From positions 1-64,000 of IMG/VR virus record IMGVR_UViG_2660238492_000006: DNA of 64,000 nt. One strand, given 5' to 3'. The position numbers and the translations under genes are program-made. This document shows, in pieces, positions 48,154 through 57,900 of the stretch; within the stretch, counting starts at the first letter, position 1; every line of letters begins with the position of its first letter. The DNA is from a virus (Duplodnaviria > Caudoviricetes). The notes below the pieces were generated by a model, which was given only the letters and a program-made list of their open reading frames with translations, did not search any database and had not been told where the DNA came from.

Positions 48154-48849
48154 TTAATTTCTTGTATTGCCTGTAGTTGCATTTACATAACAACTATCTA
48201 CTTTTTGACCATTCATATTATAGAATTCAAAATAATATTCACTAGTGCTCTTATTTAATACTTCATCACTTTTTATATTAAATTTATATCCATTTTGATG
48301 AGAGTTTGCAAAAAAAGCATCTGCTATTTCTTTACATTGAGAATATGAATATTTAGTTATAAGTTCATTAGTATATATATCTGTATAAATTCCTTGATTT
48401 AATTTTAAAGCTTTCCCAGTTTCAGGACTATAATAATATTCATTAGGTGAATCTATACTACTACCAACAAATATATATATTATTTTCCCGTTTATTGTAG
48501 TTGATTCAAAATACTTTATTTCTTCATTCACATACTTATTTATGCTAACTTTTGCTGTTGCTAATTCTCCTGGATATTGAGTAGTTGTTTTTGAATTATC
48601 CCACGATCCATTACCATTCATATAATACCATTTATTAGAATCATATACCCAACCTGTTTTCATTTGACCATAAGAATCAAAATAATACCAAATATTATTA
48701 ATAATTTTCCATCCAGTTACTTTATTAATCCCTTCAGTATAGCTCCATTTATCTTCTAATTGTCTCCATTCTGCATTAACCCCTACTGGAATAGCTACTA
48801 ATGATGTTATTATCATTAAACTAGCAATTAAACTTTTTATTTTTTTCAT
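48154..48849 (-). CDS. secreted cell-wall-binding-repeat protein, moron
   Basis: signal peptide, TGWK.I...WYYF..G.MKTGW. Confidence 0.8.
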   Translation of the reverse strand: MKKIKSLIASLMIITSLVAIPVGVNAEWRQLEDKWSYTEGINKVTGWKIINNIWYYFDSYGQMKTGWVYDSNKWYYMNGNGSWDNSKTTTQYPGELATAKVSINKYVNEEIKYFESTTINGKIIYIFVGSSIDSPNEYYYSPETGKALKLNQGIYTDIYTNELITKYSYSQCKEIADAFFANSHQNGYKFNIKSDEVLNKSTSEYYFEFYNMNGQKVDSCYVNATTGNTRN

Positions 48850-49082
48850 AATTACCCCTCCTATATTTTTATTGTATAATACATGAAAATATTGTCAATG
48901 ATAAGCCACTAATCTTTTATATTCATTTTTTATGTATAATATAAACATATTCTATTTATATAAAAAATATTTACTAAAAAGAAAGGGCAGTATGTAGACT
49001 GATTTCTACATACTGCCCTTAAAGTTTTCTAATTTTATGCATGTAATTTAACCACACATATTATATCATAAATATTTAATTT

Positions 49083-49865
49083 TTATATATTTCCAGCATA
49101 ATCTCCATCTAAAAACATAGCTGCTTCTTTAGTTCGTCTGCTATATAAACCTTCTATCCTTCTTCCACCACCATTACTCCAAGCAATAAAATTAGCTGTA
49201 ATTGTATCTTTATCTATTATTCCATTACATACATTTCTATATAATGTTGAACCTAAAAGTCCTGATGTTCCACAATTGTATGCAAAGCTTACCAATGCAT
49301 CAAATTCATGTTGTTTTAAATTTACATTCTTAGACTCTAAATCTTTCTTTATAGGTGGAGCATACTTCTTATTAATCCATTCCTTTAGCATAGATGTTGC
49401 CTGTCCTTCTGTTACATATTCCAATCCTTCTATTTCTTTCCCTGTCATTCCATAGCCAAGAGTTTTAACTCCTACGCAATCGTAGTAAGGTTTGGAGAAA
49501 TAGCCTTCCCAACTCTTAATAAACTCTATACATTTAGCACTTACTAAACTATCTTCTATCCATGCACCTGTGGAATCAAAGTTATATTCTTTACCATCTA
49601 TAAGAGCTGTACGATTTCCATACATTTCTCCTTTATAGCCTGTACTGTTAGGCTCTAAGTAATACCACTTATCTTTATCTTTTAACCACCCTGTTTTCAT
49701 AGCTCCATTAGAGTCTAAGTAATACCATCTACCATCTTTATCTTTCATCCATCCTGTTTGCATTACACCTTCATCATTTAAATAGTACCAAGTTCCATTA
49801 CCTTCATACCATCCTTTTATAACTTTTCCATCTGAATCCTCAACACACCATTTCCAATTAGACAT
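49083..49865 (-). CDS. endolysin: cell-wall-binding repeats plus GH24 lysozyme
   Basis: close paralogue of 7557..8342. Confidence 0.9.
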   Translation of the reverse strand: MSNWKWCVEDSDGKVIKGWYEGNGTWYYLNDEGVMQTGWMKDKDGRWYYLDSNGAMKTGWLKDKDKWYYLEPNSTGYKGEMYGNRTALIDGKEYNFDSTGAWIEDSLVSAKCIEFIKSWEGYFSKPYYDCVGVKTLGYGMTGKEIEGLEYVTEGQATSMLKEWINKKYAPPIKKDLESKNVNLKQHEFDALVSFAYNCGTSGLLGSTLYRNVCNGIIDKDTITANFIAWSNGGGRRIEGLYSRRTKEAAMFLDGDYAGNI

Positions 49866-49901
49866 TTTACATTCCTCCTTCTCTTAAAAAAGCAATCTAA
49901 G

Positions 49902-50324
49902 TTATAGATTGCTTTTTACACCTTTCTTTTCTCCATCTTTAAGTTGTGCTAGTGCATCTAATAATTTTTCTGGAACTGGTGCACCAAGTGCTGCACAATT
50001 TTCTATTAAACTTAATCCCTCATTTGCTATATAAAAATAAGCAACGGTAGTTCTAAAAATCCACTCTCCAGTATTCATAAGTCTATCTAAACATACAGCC
50101 ACAATAAGAACTATAAGTATAACTGCTTTTCTTGCGATACCACGCAATCCTATATCACTAGACAATTCTTTATTTACATACCCTCTTAGCACTCCTGTTC
50201 CATAATCAAGTAGCATAAATATTATTAAAATAATTAATGCCATATCCCATGCTCCAAACAACCAAGTAAATCCTGTTCCTATTATTGCCACTAGATAACG
50301 TAATACATTTAAAATTTTTTCCAT
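49902..50324 (-). CDS. phage holin (holin 4 family)
   Basis: LDY.TG...LSS.IG..GI.RK...NEGLSLIEN...G.PVP. Confidence 0.9.
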   Translation of the reverse strand: MEKILNVLRYLVAIIGTGFTWLFGAWDMALIILIIFMLLDYGTGVLRGYVNKELSSDIGLRGIARKAVILIVLIVAVCLDRLMNTGEWIFRTTVAYFYIANEGLSLIENCAALGAPVPEKLLDALAQLKDGEKKGVKSNL

Positions 50325-50423
50325 TATTAATCCTTCTCTCTATAAAATTAAGCAATAAAAAAACACCTTAATGGTGCTAATCTATTGCCTGATATTTAAT
50401 TTATTCTATATTCCTATTGCGAA

Positions 50424-50618
50424 CTAAATTACAGGTGTAATTAATACTGTAAATTCTGAATATTGCTCTGTAGTAATCTTATTTCCTGCAAGGAAAATAT
50501 CCATAGTTTCTTGAATACTCTTAAACTCCTTAACTTCATTTTTAAACTCTGCATTAATTCTGTTCTTTAAAATTCTTCCTAATAATTCTTGCATTTTTGT
50601 CATTTTACATTCCTCCAT
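50424..50618 (-). CDS. small tail-fibre-associated protein
   Basis: identical to 10277..10471. Confidence 0.7.
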   Translation of the reverse strand: MEECKMTKMQELLGRILKNRINAEFKNEVKEFKSIQETMDIFLAGNKITTEQYSEFTVLITPVI

Positions 50619-50916
50619 TTTCTACAACTTTATTTTTTTCTGTTTCTAAAATAGTTTTTTCTACATTAGTAACAGTAGTTTCATCTGTATTATCTAAGTA
50701 TGTTTTTATATCATCTACTCTTGTATTTTTATCTCTTACAATTACTTTACTGTTTTCTGTATCTACAGAAACTACTTCTTTACCGTTCTCTATATCTGCA
50801 ACTAAACAATTATAATTATCTTCTATACTAGTTCCAGACGTAGAAAAAATAATTTTTCCCAAAGAATTATATATTACTAAAGTTTTCATTTTTTCTATTC
50901 CTCCTACTCTCCCCAC
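50605..50916 (-). CDS. tail-fibre-associated/chaperone protein
   Basis: one residue differs from 10458..10769. Confidence 0.7.
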   Translation of the reverse strand: MGRVGGIEKMKTLVIYNSLGKIIFSTSGTSIEDNYNCLVADIENGKEVVSVDTENSKVIVRDKNTRVDDIKTYLDNTDETTVTNVEKTILETEKNKVVENGGM

Positions 50917-52031
50917 GCATTAAATGGAAAATTTCCTGTACTTACACTGCTTGATATTGATAGAATCTTTTTTGTAGAATCATAATATATTCCACTTACA
51001 GAATTTGAAGATTGAAAAGGATAAAAGCTTCCTCCTACTTTTGTTATACATACATATGGATATTGTGAATATGATGAATTAGGTTGATCTACTGTTATTG
51101 ATCCAGCATTAAAATTTAGAAATATTTCATCTCTAGTACCATTAGTATGATTTATAACTCCTTCCAAGAAATTTTTTCCACCCATACCTTGAATACTTAT
51201 ATTAGCTATTTTAGAAACTAAACTAGCCAAAGCTTCGTTTCCACTAGCACTTACACCTTTGCTATTAAGATTACTAGCTGTTGTATTCTTATCTGTTTGT
51301 ATTCTATTGGCTATCTCTGCATGTGTATTACTTCCTGTAACATTTCCAACCTTGCCAGCAATAGCATTCTTACCATTACTGGCAAATGTAAAAAGTTCCT
51401 GCATTCCAGCCTGTACATTCTTTGCAGACATACCATTAATTGTAGCAAGATTAACCTTACTTGCACTCAAGTCTATATTAGCTACTGTATTTTTTAAATC
51501 CTCTAACTCTGTCTTACTTGCCTTATTGTTCGCAATATCTTTCAATTGGGCGGTTATATCTGTTCTTAATTGTTCTACTTCACCTTTTTTAGCAAAGATA
51601 ATAGTTGGATCTACTTTAAGTTCTACTGTATCTGTATTGACTACACATAAAATTAAATCTAGTAATAATTCTTTAGTAGAACCATCTGCTATTACAGGCT
51701 TATAGGTTTCAGCACATTTACAAATTCCTATAAGATTATTTTCATCATCAAAAGCACCATATTCTCTTATAGTAAATCCTCCAACTGTACTTGGAATCAT
51801 AACTTCTATGTGAATCCAGTTTGGATTTTTTTCATCAACTGTAACATGATTTATATTTCCTTCCCAAACAACATTTTTTAAATCTGTTTGGCCTTCTGTT
51901 GGCTCGTAATATGCTCCTCCTCCATCTCCTATCTTCATTTTTGCAAAGTTTATTTTAGTACCTAAACCTATAGAATTAGCAACTTTAGCTTTTCCTATAT
52001 TGGTTAATATGCTATAAAATTTTTCTGCCAC
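50904..52031 (-). CDS. tail fibre (DUF3751-like N-terminus plus shared C-terminus)
   Basis: LT.IGKAK.AN, GDGGG, GGF.IRE.G.FD, ETYKP...GS. Confidence 0.85.
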   Translation of the reverse strand: MAEKFYSILTNIGKAKVANSIGLGTKINFAKMKIGDGGGAYYEPTEGQTDLKNVVWEGNINHVTVDEKNPNWIHIEVMIPSTVGGFTIREYGAFDDENNLIGICKCAETYKPVIADGSTKELLLDLILCVVNTDTVELKVDPTIIFAKKGEVEQLRTDITAQLKDIANNKASKTELEDLKNTVANIDLSASKVNLATINGMSAKNVQAGMQELFTFASNGKNAIAGKVGNVTGSNTHAEIANRIQTDKNTTASNLNSKGVSASGNEALASLVSKIANISIQGMGGKNFLEGVINHTNGTRDEIFLNFNAGSITVDQPNSSYSQYPYVCITKVGGSFYPFQSSNSVSGIYYDSTKKILSISSSVSTGNFPFNAWGE

Positions 52032-52648
52032 TATAATCCCTCCTCTACTGGATATGTTCTAATGTTTTCGAAACTTTTAGGTTGCATAAGTGGAATTTTA
52101 ACATCTACCTTATTAATTAAATCGTTAGGAGTCCATGGAAATGTTTTTATTGTTTCTCCTTGAAGTCCAAACATTACTACTCTAAAATCTGTTTCTGTAA
52201 TTGCTCTTAAAATGTAATTAACACCCAAGTGTGACGGTTTTACTTCTCTTATAGAATCATATAAAGTATCAAAGCCGCTTGGAAATCCACTATGACTAAG
52301 TAAATCTATTTCAAAATAATACTCTGGATTATGTTCTATAACCTCAACATCTTCAACAAAGCTTTTACATATATTCTTAATCGCTTCTATGGTAGTTGTT
52401 CCTTGACCTTTTAATTTTGCTAAAATCCTACTTCTTCTAATGGCATAACTATAATTTATATTATTCTGTATTCCTAATTCCTTTTCCCAAGTATCTAATC
52501 CCCAAGTTGCAGTTTCAATAAAACATTGATTAATTAAATTTTGTATATCTTCATTAGTAGAATCTACTTGCTTTTGCTGTTCTTCATAGACTTTAGATAA
52601 AATCTTATCACCACTCAAAAAAGATGGTACATAATCTTTAAGTTGCAT
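52031..52648 (-). CDS. DUF2313/XkdU-like baseplate protein
   Basis: TATWGLD.WEKELGI, RR.RI.AKL.G, KPSHL. Confidence 0.85.
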   Translation of the reverse strand: MQLKDYVPSFLSGDKILSKVYEEQQKQVDSTNEDIQNLINQCFIETATWGLDTWEKELGIQNNINYSYAIRRSRILAKLKGQGTTTIEAIKNICKSFVEDVEVIEHNPEYYFEIDLLSHSGFPSGFDTLYDSIREVKPSHLGVNYILRAITETDFRVVMFGLQGETIKTFPWTPNDLINKVDVKIPLMQPKSFENIRTYPVEEGL

Positions 52649-53708
52649 TACATACCACCTCTCCTAAAACAGCTATTTGATTGTCATTTACAGTTACATT
52701 AGTAGCGCTACTATTAATGGTTAAATTATTATAATCTTCAACACCATCTGAACTAAGTATTAAAGCTCCTATTTTAGCAATACTTATATAATTAATATTT
52801 AAAGCTACTTTCTTTAAATACTCTTCTATAGAACTTTTTATATTTTCCTTAATCTTATCTAATGTAATTTCTTTAGAATTATAAATTAAACTTACAGATA
52901 TATTTAAAAGTAATTCTTCTACAGAAACTACAGTTACAGTTGCTCCTATAGGTCTATTTTCTTCAATATGCTTTGCTACCTTATCTATCAGCTCTTTACT
53001 GGCAGCTCTTTTATTACTATTTGAAATAACACATTTTACAGTACCATTACCATTCCAAAGTGGATATACTTTTGCACTTCCGCACCCCTCTGTTTCTAAA
53101 CACCATTGTTTATAGTGGTAGTCATTCCCGCTAGTGGCTGGAGTCTGTACCTTTAGTAAATATCTATTATATAAATCTTCATCACTCTCAATGTCATAAC
53201 CATTAGTTACAGCTTCTTTATTGGTAATACTAGTTATCCCATTATATTTTATTGGCAAATAATTTATTTCATTAACTTTTGCATTGTATTTGCTACCAGG
53301 CTTTTCTGCTCTTATAATAACTTCTCCATATCCATCTTGATCTAATACTAAATCATTTTGAGTTATATATAATCTGTTATCTTTAATTCCTGCAATACTA
53401 TTTGCCTTTAAATTTGCATTTGGAGAACCATTTACATCAATTTTAGTACTGGCATAAGTTGGTTGCTTTCTTTCTATTCCAACTTCTTTTATTCTCATTT
53501 CTAGATAATTAGAATATCCACTTTCTAAAGCAGAACTAGCAAATACTTTTTTTGTAGCTTCATCTAAATCTAATAAAGCAGTTGATAATTTAATACATAC
53601 TGGCATACAAGAGTTATAAATCAAACTTCCTTCATTTGTGTCAGTTTCTGTATATCCTAAGAACATTTCTTCATATATATCCTCAGCGCTTCTATAATAA
53701 GCCATCAA
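52638..53708 (-). CDS. baseplate J (XkdT-like)
   Basis: PATSGN..HY..W, PLWNG.GTVK, RPIGA.VTV. Confidence 0.9.
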   Translation of the reverse strand: MMAYYRSAEDIYEEMFLGYTETDTNEGSLIYNSCMPVCIKLSTALLDLDEATKKVFASSALESGYSNYLEMRIKEVGIERKQPTYASTKIDVNGSPNANLKANSIAGIKDNRLYITQNDLVLDQDGYGEVIIRAEKPGSKYNAKVNEINYLPIKYNGITSITNKEAVTNGYDIESDEDLYNRYLLKVQTPATSGNDYHYKQWCLETEGCGSAKVYPLWNGNGTVKCVISNSNKRAASKELIDKVAKHIEENRPIGATVTVVSVEELLLNISVSLIYNSKEITLDKIKENIKSSIEEYLKKVALNINYISIAKIGALILSSDGVEDYNNLTINSSATNVTVNDNQIAVLGEVVCNAT

Positions 53709-53716
53709 ATCGCCTC

Positions 53717-54199
53717 CTAATCTATATCTACATAAAAGCTATCATCTTTATTTCCATAGATACTTTCTATAGTATAATTTATCTTATAACAGCTTTTTTC
53801 CAATTCAGTTGAAAAATTATTTATTCCAGTTACATAAATTCCATCCACTAAACAATCATGAAGCATTTGATATGCATAAATATCACCATTACTTTTACTT
53901 TTTCCTATAAGTTTATGAAGTTGACTTCCAAAATTCTTACTATAAATTAAGTAACCGTCTCCTGTAAAAGGATCTAATTTCTTGGTGTATATCGTTCTCC
54001 ATGCCTGTACTATCACTGCATCTAAACCTTCTACGATAATTGCTTTTTTATTTTCATCAAGTAATATTTCTCCTGTATCAAGATTTATTGCATAATCCTT
54101 TAATAATTTAATTTCTTTTTTCTTTGTTCTATTCATTGCTTTATTACTATAAAAATCTTCCGGGAAAAAACTCATTATCCAATCACCCCTAACACACAA
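53717..54199 (-). CDS. DUF2634/XkdS-like protein
   Basis: IVEG.DA, YS..FGS.L..LIG; synteny. Confidence 0.75.
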   Translation of the reverse strand: MCVRGDWIMSFFPEDFYSNKAMNRTKKKEIKLLKDYAINLDTGEILLDENKKAIIVEGLDAVIVQAWRTIYTKKLDPFTGDGYLIYSKNFGSQLHKLIGKSKSNGDIYAYQMLHDCLVDGIYVTGINNFSTELEKSCYKINYTIESIYGNKDDSFYVDID

Positions 54200-54528
54200 T
54201 ATTTTTGATATGTTTTTCCACTCTCATCATATCCAATTCCATAGCAAGCAACATTTGAACCAAGTTTTAACTTTGAATGGTGCTGAATAATTGAAATTGT
54301 ATGACTATGTTCATTATTTATACTAGTTTTTATATTTACCTCTTCATCCCATGCCAGCAAATAAGGATTTATATATAAATTGTTTCTATATAAAGGAAGA
54401 CCCTCCAGTTCTATAACTAAAGGGTCTAATGAAGTTACTTTTCCAACTTCAAAAGGTTCATCAATCATATTCTTTTTTTGTTGATTATCTATAACATTCC
54501 AAAATTCATCAAATGATGAAGCCATCAT
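54175..54528 (-). CDS. DUF2577/XkdR-like protein
   Basis: GKV.S.DPL.I; HSH motif. Confidence 0.7.
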   Translation of the reverse strand: MMASSFDEFWNVIDNQQKKNMIDEPFEVGKVTSLDPLVIELEGLPLYRNNLYINPYLLAWDEEVNIKTSINNEHSHTISIIQHHSKLKLGSNVACYGIGYDESGKTYQKYCVLGVIG

Positions 54529-54539
54529 ATCATCCCCTT

Positions 54540-55997
54540 TTACTTTAATGCATTTTTAGTTTTTAATATATTGTAGGCCTTTAATACTTTTGAAGCATAA
54601 TATTTCTTTTCGTTTGGATCCCAGTCTGAATTATTTGCCTTCACATAACTATATAGTGCATCTCCTAATTGCTTAACTGTTACAGTTGATGTATTATATC
54701 CATTTTGCTTACAAGAATTAAGAACAGTACCTTCACCACTGTTATAAGCAGAAAATATTACATGAGGTTGAATTCCTACAGCACTCATTTTTTGCTTATA
54801 CTCTTTTAATCCTTGCTCTATATTAGTAGCCGAATCAGACGATCCACCTTCAACTTGCATTAAACCATGATAAGTGTTTCCACAATAAGGATTCCCTTCA
54901 CTTTCTATTGCAATAATTGCAGCAGTAACATAAGCATCTATTTTATATGCATTAGATTTATTTATAATAATATCTTTAAAATTATATTTACTCATATTAG
55001 AAATAAATGTATTGCAATTACCTTCAACAGCAGTTAAATTACCCACATATTCGTCTGGAACACCTTCAATATTAATGTCTGCATATCCAGTTTTACTTGC
55101 TGGTATTACTCTTTTAACAGAATAAATATCTGTTCTTGTAACATCTACAGTTTTTACTACATCTCCAGTTCTTGGGGCATGAAGCATTTTATTATCACCA
55201 ATATAAACACTAACATGAGCTGGTGCTTGATAACTACCATTACCAATCCAAAATAATAAATCTCCTGGTTCCCAACTCTCTTTACTATTTTTATCAACCT
55301 CAGTTCCTTGTTTACATTGCTCATAAGTAGTCCAACCAAGTGTTAGTCCTAATTCTGCTTTGTATTGATTATAACAATATTCTACTAGGCCACTACAATC
55401 GAATGTATCTGCTCCATGTGCACCCCAAACATACGATTTGCCTTCTTGTTGTTTTAAAACAGAATAAATTTTTTCCCATAAAGCAGAACTTGAAGCTGAA
55501 TTTCCTTCTTCATCTTCATCCTCATATAAATCTGTCCATTCCATTTCATCCATAACACGTGATGGTGTTAATGTAAGTTTGCTTATAAATAAATTATTAG
55601 CTTTCCATTTATGTTCTACTTCTTTAATATACATAAAACAATCTTCATATCCTTTTAAAAATTGCGCAACTAAATGAACTCCAAAACCTACTCTATAGTC
55701 TATATTGCCTATACATTCTACTTCTATAGTTTCTTTAGGTTTGCAGTTCTCATTTAATAATCTTTTTGCTTTTAAAGTGGGATCTTCTTTCTTAGATTTA
55801 AAAATAATATCCTGTATAAGTCCATATTTTTTAATAATGCCACTAGGAGCTGTTAAAGTATTATTAATTGCTTTAGCTTCTTCACCAGTTGTTTCATCTG
55901 TCAAATTCTTTAATCCTAATAATTCATTTACTTTTTTAGTTCCTAATGTTTGTGCTTTTCCAATACTCATATGTTCAAGTTCAGGAGACTTAGCCAT
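54540..55997 (-). CDS. hub C-terminal half with NlpC/P60 and SLT-like domains
   Basis: YVWGA.G.DTFDCSGL, HV..YIG, HAP.TG; AIIAIES, GLMQV, AYNSG. Confidence 0.85.
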   Translation of the reverse strand: MAKSPELEHMSIGKAQTLGTKKVNELLGLKNLTDETTGEEAKAINNTLTAPSGIIKKYGLIQDIIFKSKKEDPTLKAKRLLNENCKPKETIEVECIGNIDYRVGFGVHLVAQFLKGYEDCFMYIKEVEHKWKANNLFISKLTLTPSRVMDEMEWTDLYEDEDEEGNSASSSALWEKIYSVLKQQEGKSYVWGAHGADTFDCSGLVEYCYNQYKAELGLTLGWTTYEQCKQGTEVDKNSKESWEPGDLLFWIGNGSYQAPAHVSVYIGDNKMLHAPRTGDVVKTVDVTRTDIYSVKRVIPASKTGYADINIEGVPDEYVGNLTAVEGNCNTFISNMSKYNFKDIIINKSNAYKIDAYVTAAIIAIESEGNPYCGNTYHGLMQVEGGSSDSATNIEQGLKEYKQKMSAVGIQPHVIFSAYNSGEGTVLNSCKQNGYNTSTVTVKQLGDALYSYVKANNSDWDPNEKKYYASKVLKAYNILKTKNALK

Positions 55998-56806
55998 TAT
56001 TCTTCACCACCTTCATCATCATCACCTTCAGCAGATTCTCCAATTTCTATATCTACTGGATTTCCTTTACTATCAAATAATTGTACTCTTGTAATCATAT
56101 CTGACATATCATTTCTATAACTTAGCGAAATCATTGTACCATCTGGATTAGGTAAAGATGGACTAGAGCATGGTCTAATTGTTTGCTTACTCCAATATCT
56201 ATCACATTCCATTAAGTTTACATTTCCTGCTACATCCATAAACATATAATAGTAAGTTCCGAACTGGTTGTGAGTTTCTGTTGCTATCATCATACAGGCA
56301 TCATAAGCACTTTTGTTTTTAACTAAGTGTTCTATATTTATTGATGCCCCTTCTCCATTAGGGCCACCTAAAATTCCATCTACTGAATATGGAATTTCTA
56401 AATCATTAAAGATTTTACATACAGCATCAAAAGCACTTATATTATTAAAATTATAGACAACCTTAGATTTAGTTAAATACCAGATAAAATCGTAACAAGT
56501 TAGTTCTAGTTCTTCTTTATCGGCCTTTAAATTAGAAGTTATTACTTTACCTTTAAAAATATTTCTACTGCCAACATAGATTTCTATTTTTTGCCCTGGT
56601 TCTATATAACGAGAAGGTAAATCACTATAAATTCCATAAGCTAATGTTACATCTACTTGTTGTGCTATTTTATCTAAACTACAAGTGTATTTTACATTTG
56701 TAATTAAATCATTTAAAATTCTAAAAGTACCATCATTTTCATAAATATAAACGCTTAATTCCATATGTAATATTCCTTTCTTTAAATTTAAGTATAAAAA
56801 TAACAC
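55997..56806 (-). CDS. XkdQ-like hub N-terminal half
   Basis: IF.G.V...TCYD..YL.KS; position after the LysM gene. Confidence 0.75.
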   Translation of the reverse strand: MLFLYLNLKKGILHMELSVYIYENDGTFRILNDLITNVKYTCSLDKIAQQVDVTLAYGIYSDLPSRYIEPGQKIEIYVGSRNIFKGKVITSNLKADKEELELTCYDFIWYLTKSKVVYNFNNISAFDAVCKIFNDLEIPYSVDGILGGPNGEGASINIEHLVKNKSAYDACMMIATETHNQFGTYYYMFMDVAGNVNLMECDRYWSKQTIRPCSSPSLPNPDGTMISLSYRNDMSDMITRVQLFDSKGNPVDIEIGESAEGDDDEGGEE

Positions 56807-56836
56807 CTAGGATTTCCTAAGTGTTTAAAAATTTTT

Positions 56837-57121
56837 CTATTTATTTTTACGCATTTCTTCTAGTAGTTCTACTTGTTTCTCTGTATTTTCAGCTATAATA
56901 GCAATACAACCAAATAAGGCTTTAACAGCTAAACCTAATATAAAAATAGAAATAGATCCAACTATCAATGCTATTGCTGTTCCTATATTTCCAGTTAAAA
57001 AAGAGCCAATCATTCCAATTATCATTACTATTGCAACAATATTAAACACAGTAGCAATATTTTCTCCTGATAATTTGGTTTTTCTTATTATGTCGTTTTT
57101 TTCAATATTATTATTGTCCAT
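56837..57121 (-). CDS. two-TM moron protein
   Basis: own TTGACA promoter (57178-57173) and downstream hairpin. Confidence 0.65.
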   Translation of the reverse strand: MDNNNIEKNDIIRKTKLSGENIATVFNIVAIVMIIGMIGSFLTGNIGTAIALIVGSISIFILGLAVKALFGCIAIIAENTEKQVELLEEMRKNK

Positions 57122-57178
57122 GTATATCCCCCTAAACAGTATATACTATAATTGTATATTATTAGAAAGTTTTGTCAA

Positions 57179-57892
57179 TCATCTTATCTTATAGCTTTTT
57201 CCTGCTATAACTACAGGAGTAGTAAGATTATTTAAGCTCATTATTGTTTTATAATATTCACTGCTTCCATAAAGTTTTTTAGCCATATCCTGTATAGATT
57301 CACCTGATTCAGGATAATAAATATCGCTAGGGTAATCTGTTGTTCCATTTTCTCCAGTTTCTAAACTTATTTTTTTATATTCTTGAAATTGTAGGTCATA
57401 ATATACATTTCCTATTCCATCTTTTCTACCATATTTAAAATTAGTTATTTGACAATAATAATAGTTCCCCCAAGTATTAAACATAAATACTAATGGTATT
57501 TGTTTATTTTTCCATTCTAATAATGTCGCACAATAAAAAGTATACGGATCTTCTGTACCACTAGATAAGTCAAAAGGATATTTCCATATAGAATAAGCTT
57601 TATTTTTATTATAACAAGCTTTATTACTTCTCTTTGGGAAAAAAGATGATATTGACCATTTTGCCAATTTTCTATTTATACTAATAGGTATCTCTCCATA
57701 ATTCATTAATTTTAATGTTTGGCTGTCTGAACTTTCATCAAACATTAAATCAGAAGGTGATACTGGCAAAAGAATAACTCTTTCTTCTACTGGTTTAGAA
57801 TTATCACTATCAACTCTTAAGCCATTCATATTTTCATAATGTTTCAATGTAGTGATTACTATTTGTGAATCATTTAGTGCATATTGTGCCAT
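57179..57892 (-). CDS. XkdP-like LysM tail protein
   Basis: LPV.P, SSFFP, YY.L...EY, C-terminal LysM-like segment. Confidence 0.8.
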   Translation of the reverse strand: MAQYALNDSQIVITTLKHYENMNGLRVDSDNSKPVEERVILLPVSPSDLMFDESSDSQTLKLMNYGEIPISINRKLAKWSISSFFPKRSNKACYNKNKAYSIWKYPFDLSSGTEDPYTFYCATLLEWKNKQIPLVFMFNTWGNYYYCQITNFKYGRKDGIGNVYYDLQFQEYKKISLETGENGTTDYPSDIYYPESGESIQDMAKKLYGSSEYYKTIMSLNNLTTPVVIAGKSYKIR

Positions 57893-57900
57893 AAAATCAC

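Larger units (their letters stand above)
10262..50408 (-). mobile_element. phage A: putative 40,147-bp phage-plasmid unit
   Basis: one full set of phage modules plus parA, RHH partner and resolvase, between direct repeats. Confidence 0.7.
50409..51543. repeat. direct repeat copy 2 (tail-fibre tip cassette)
   Basis: offset of exactly 40,147 bp from copy 1. Confidence 0.95.
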
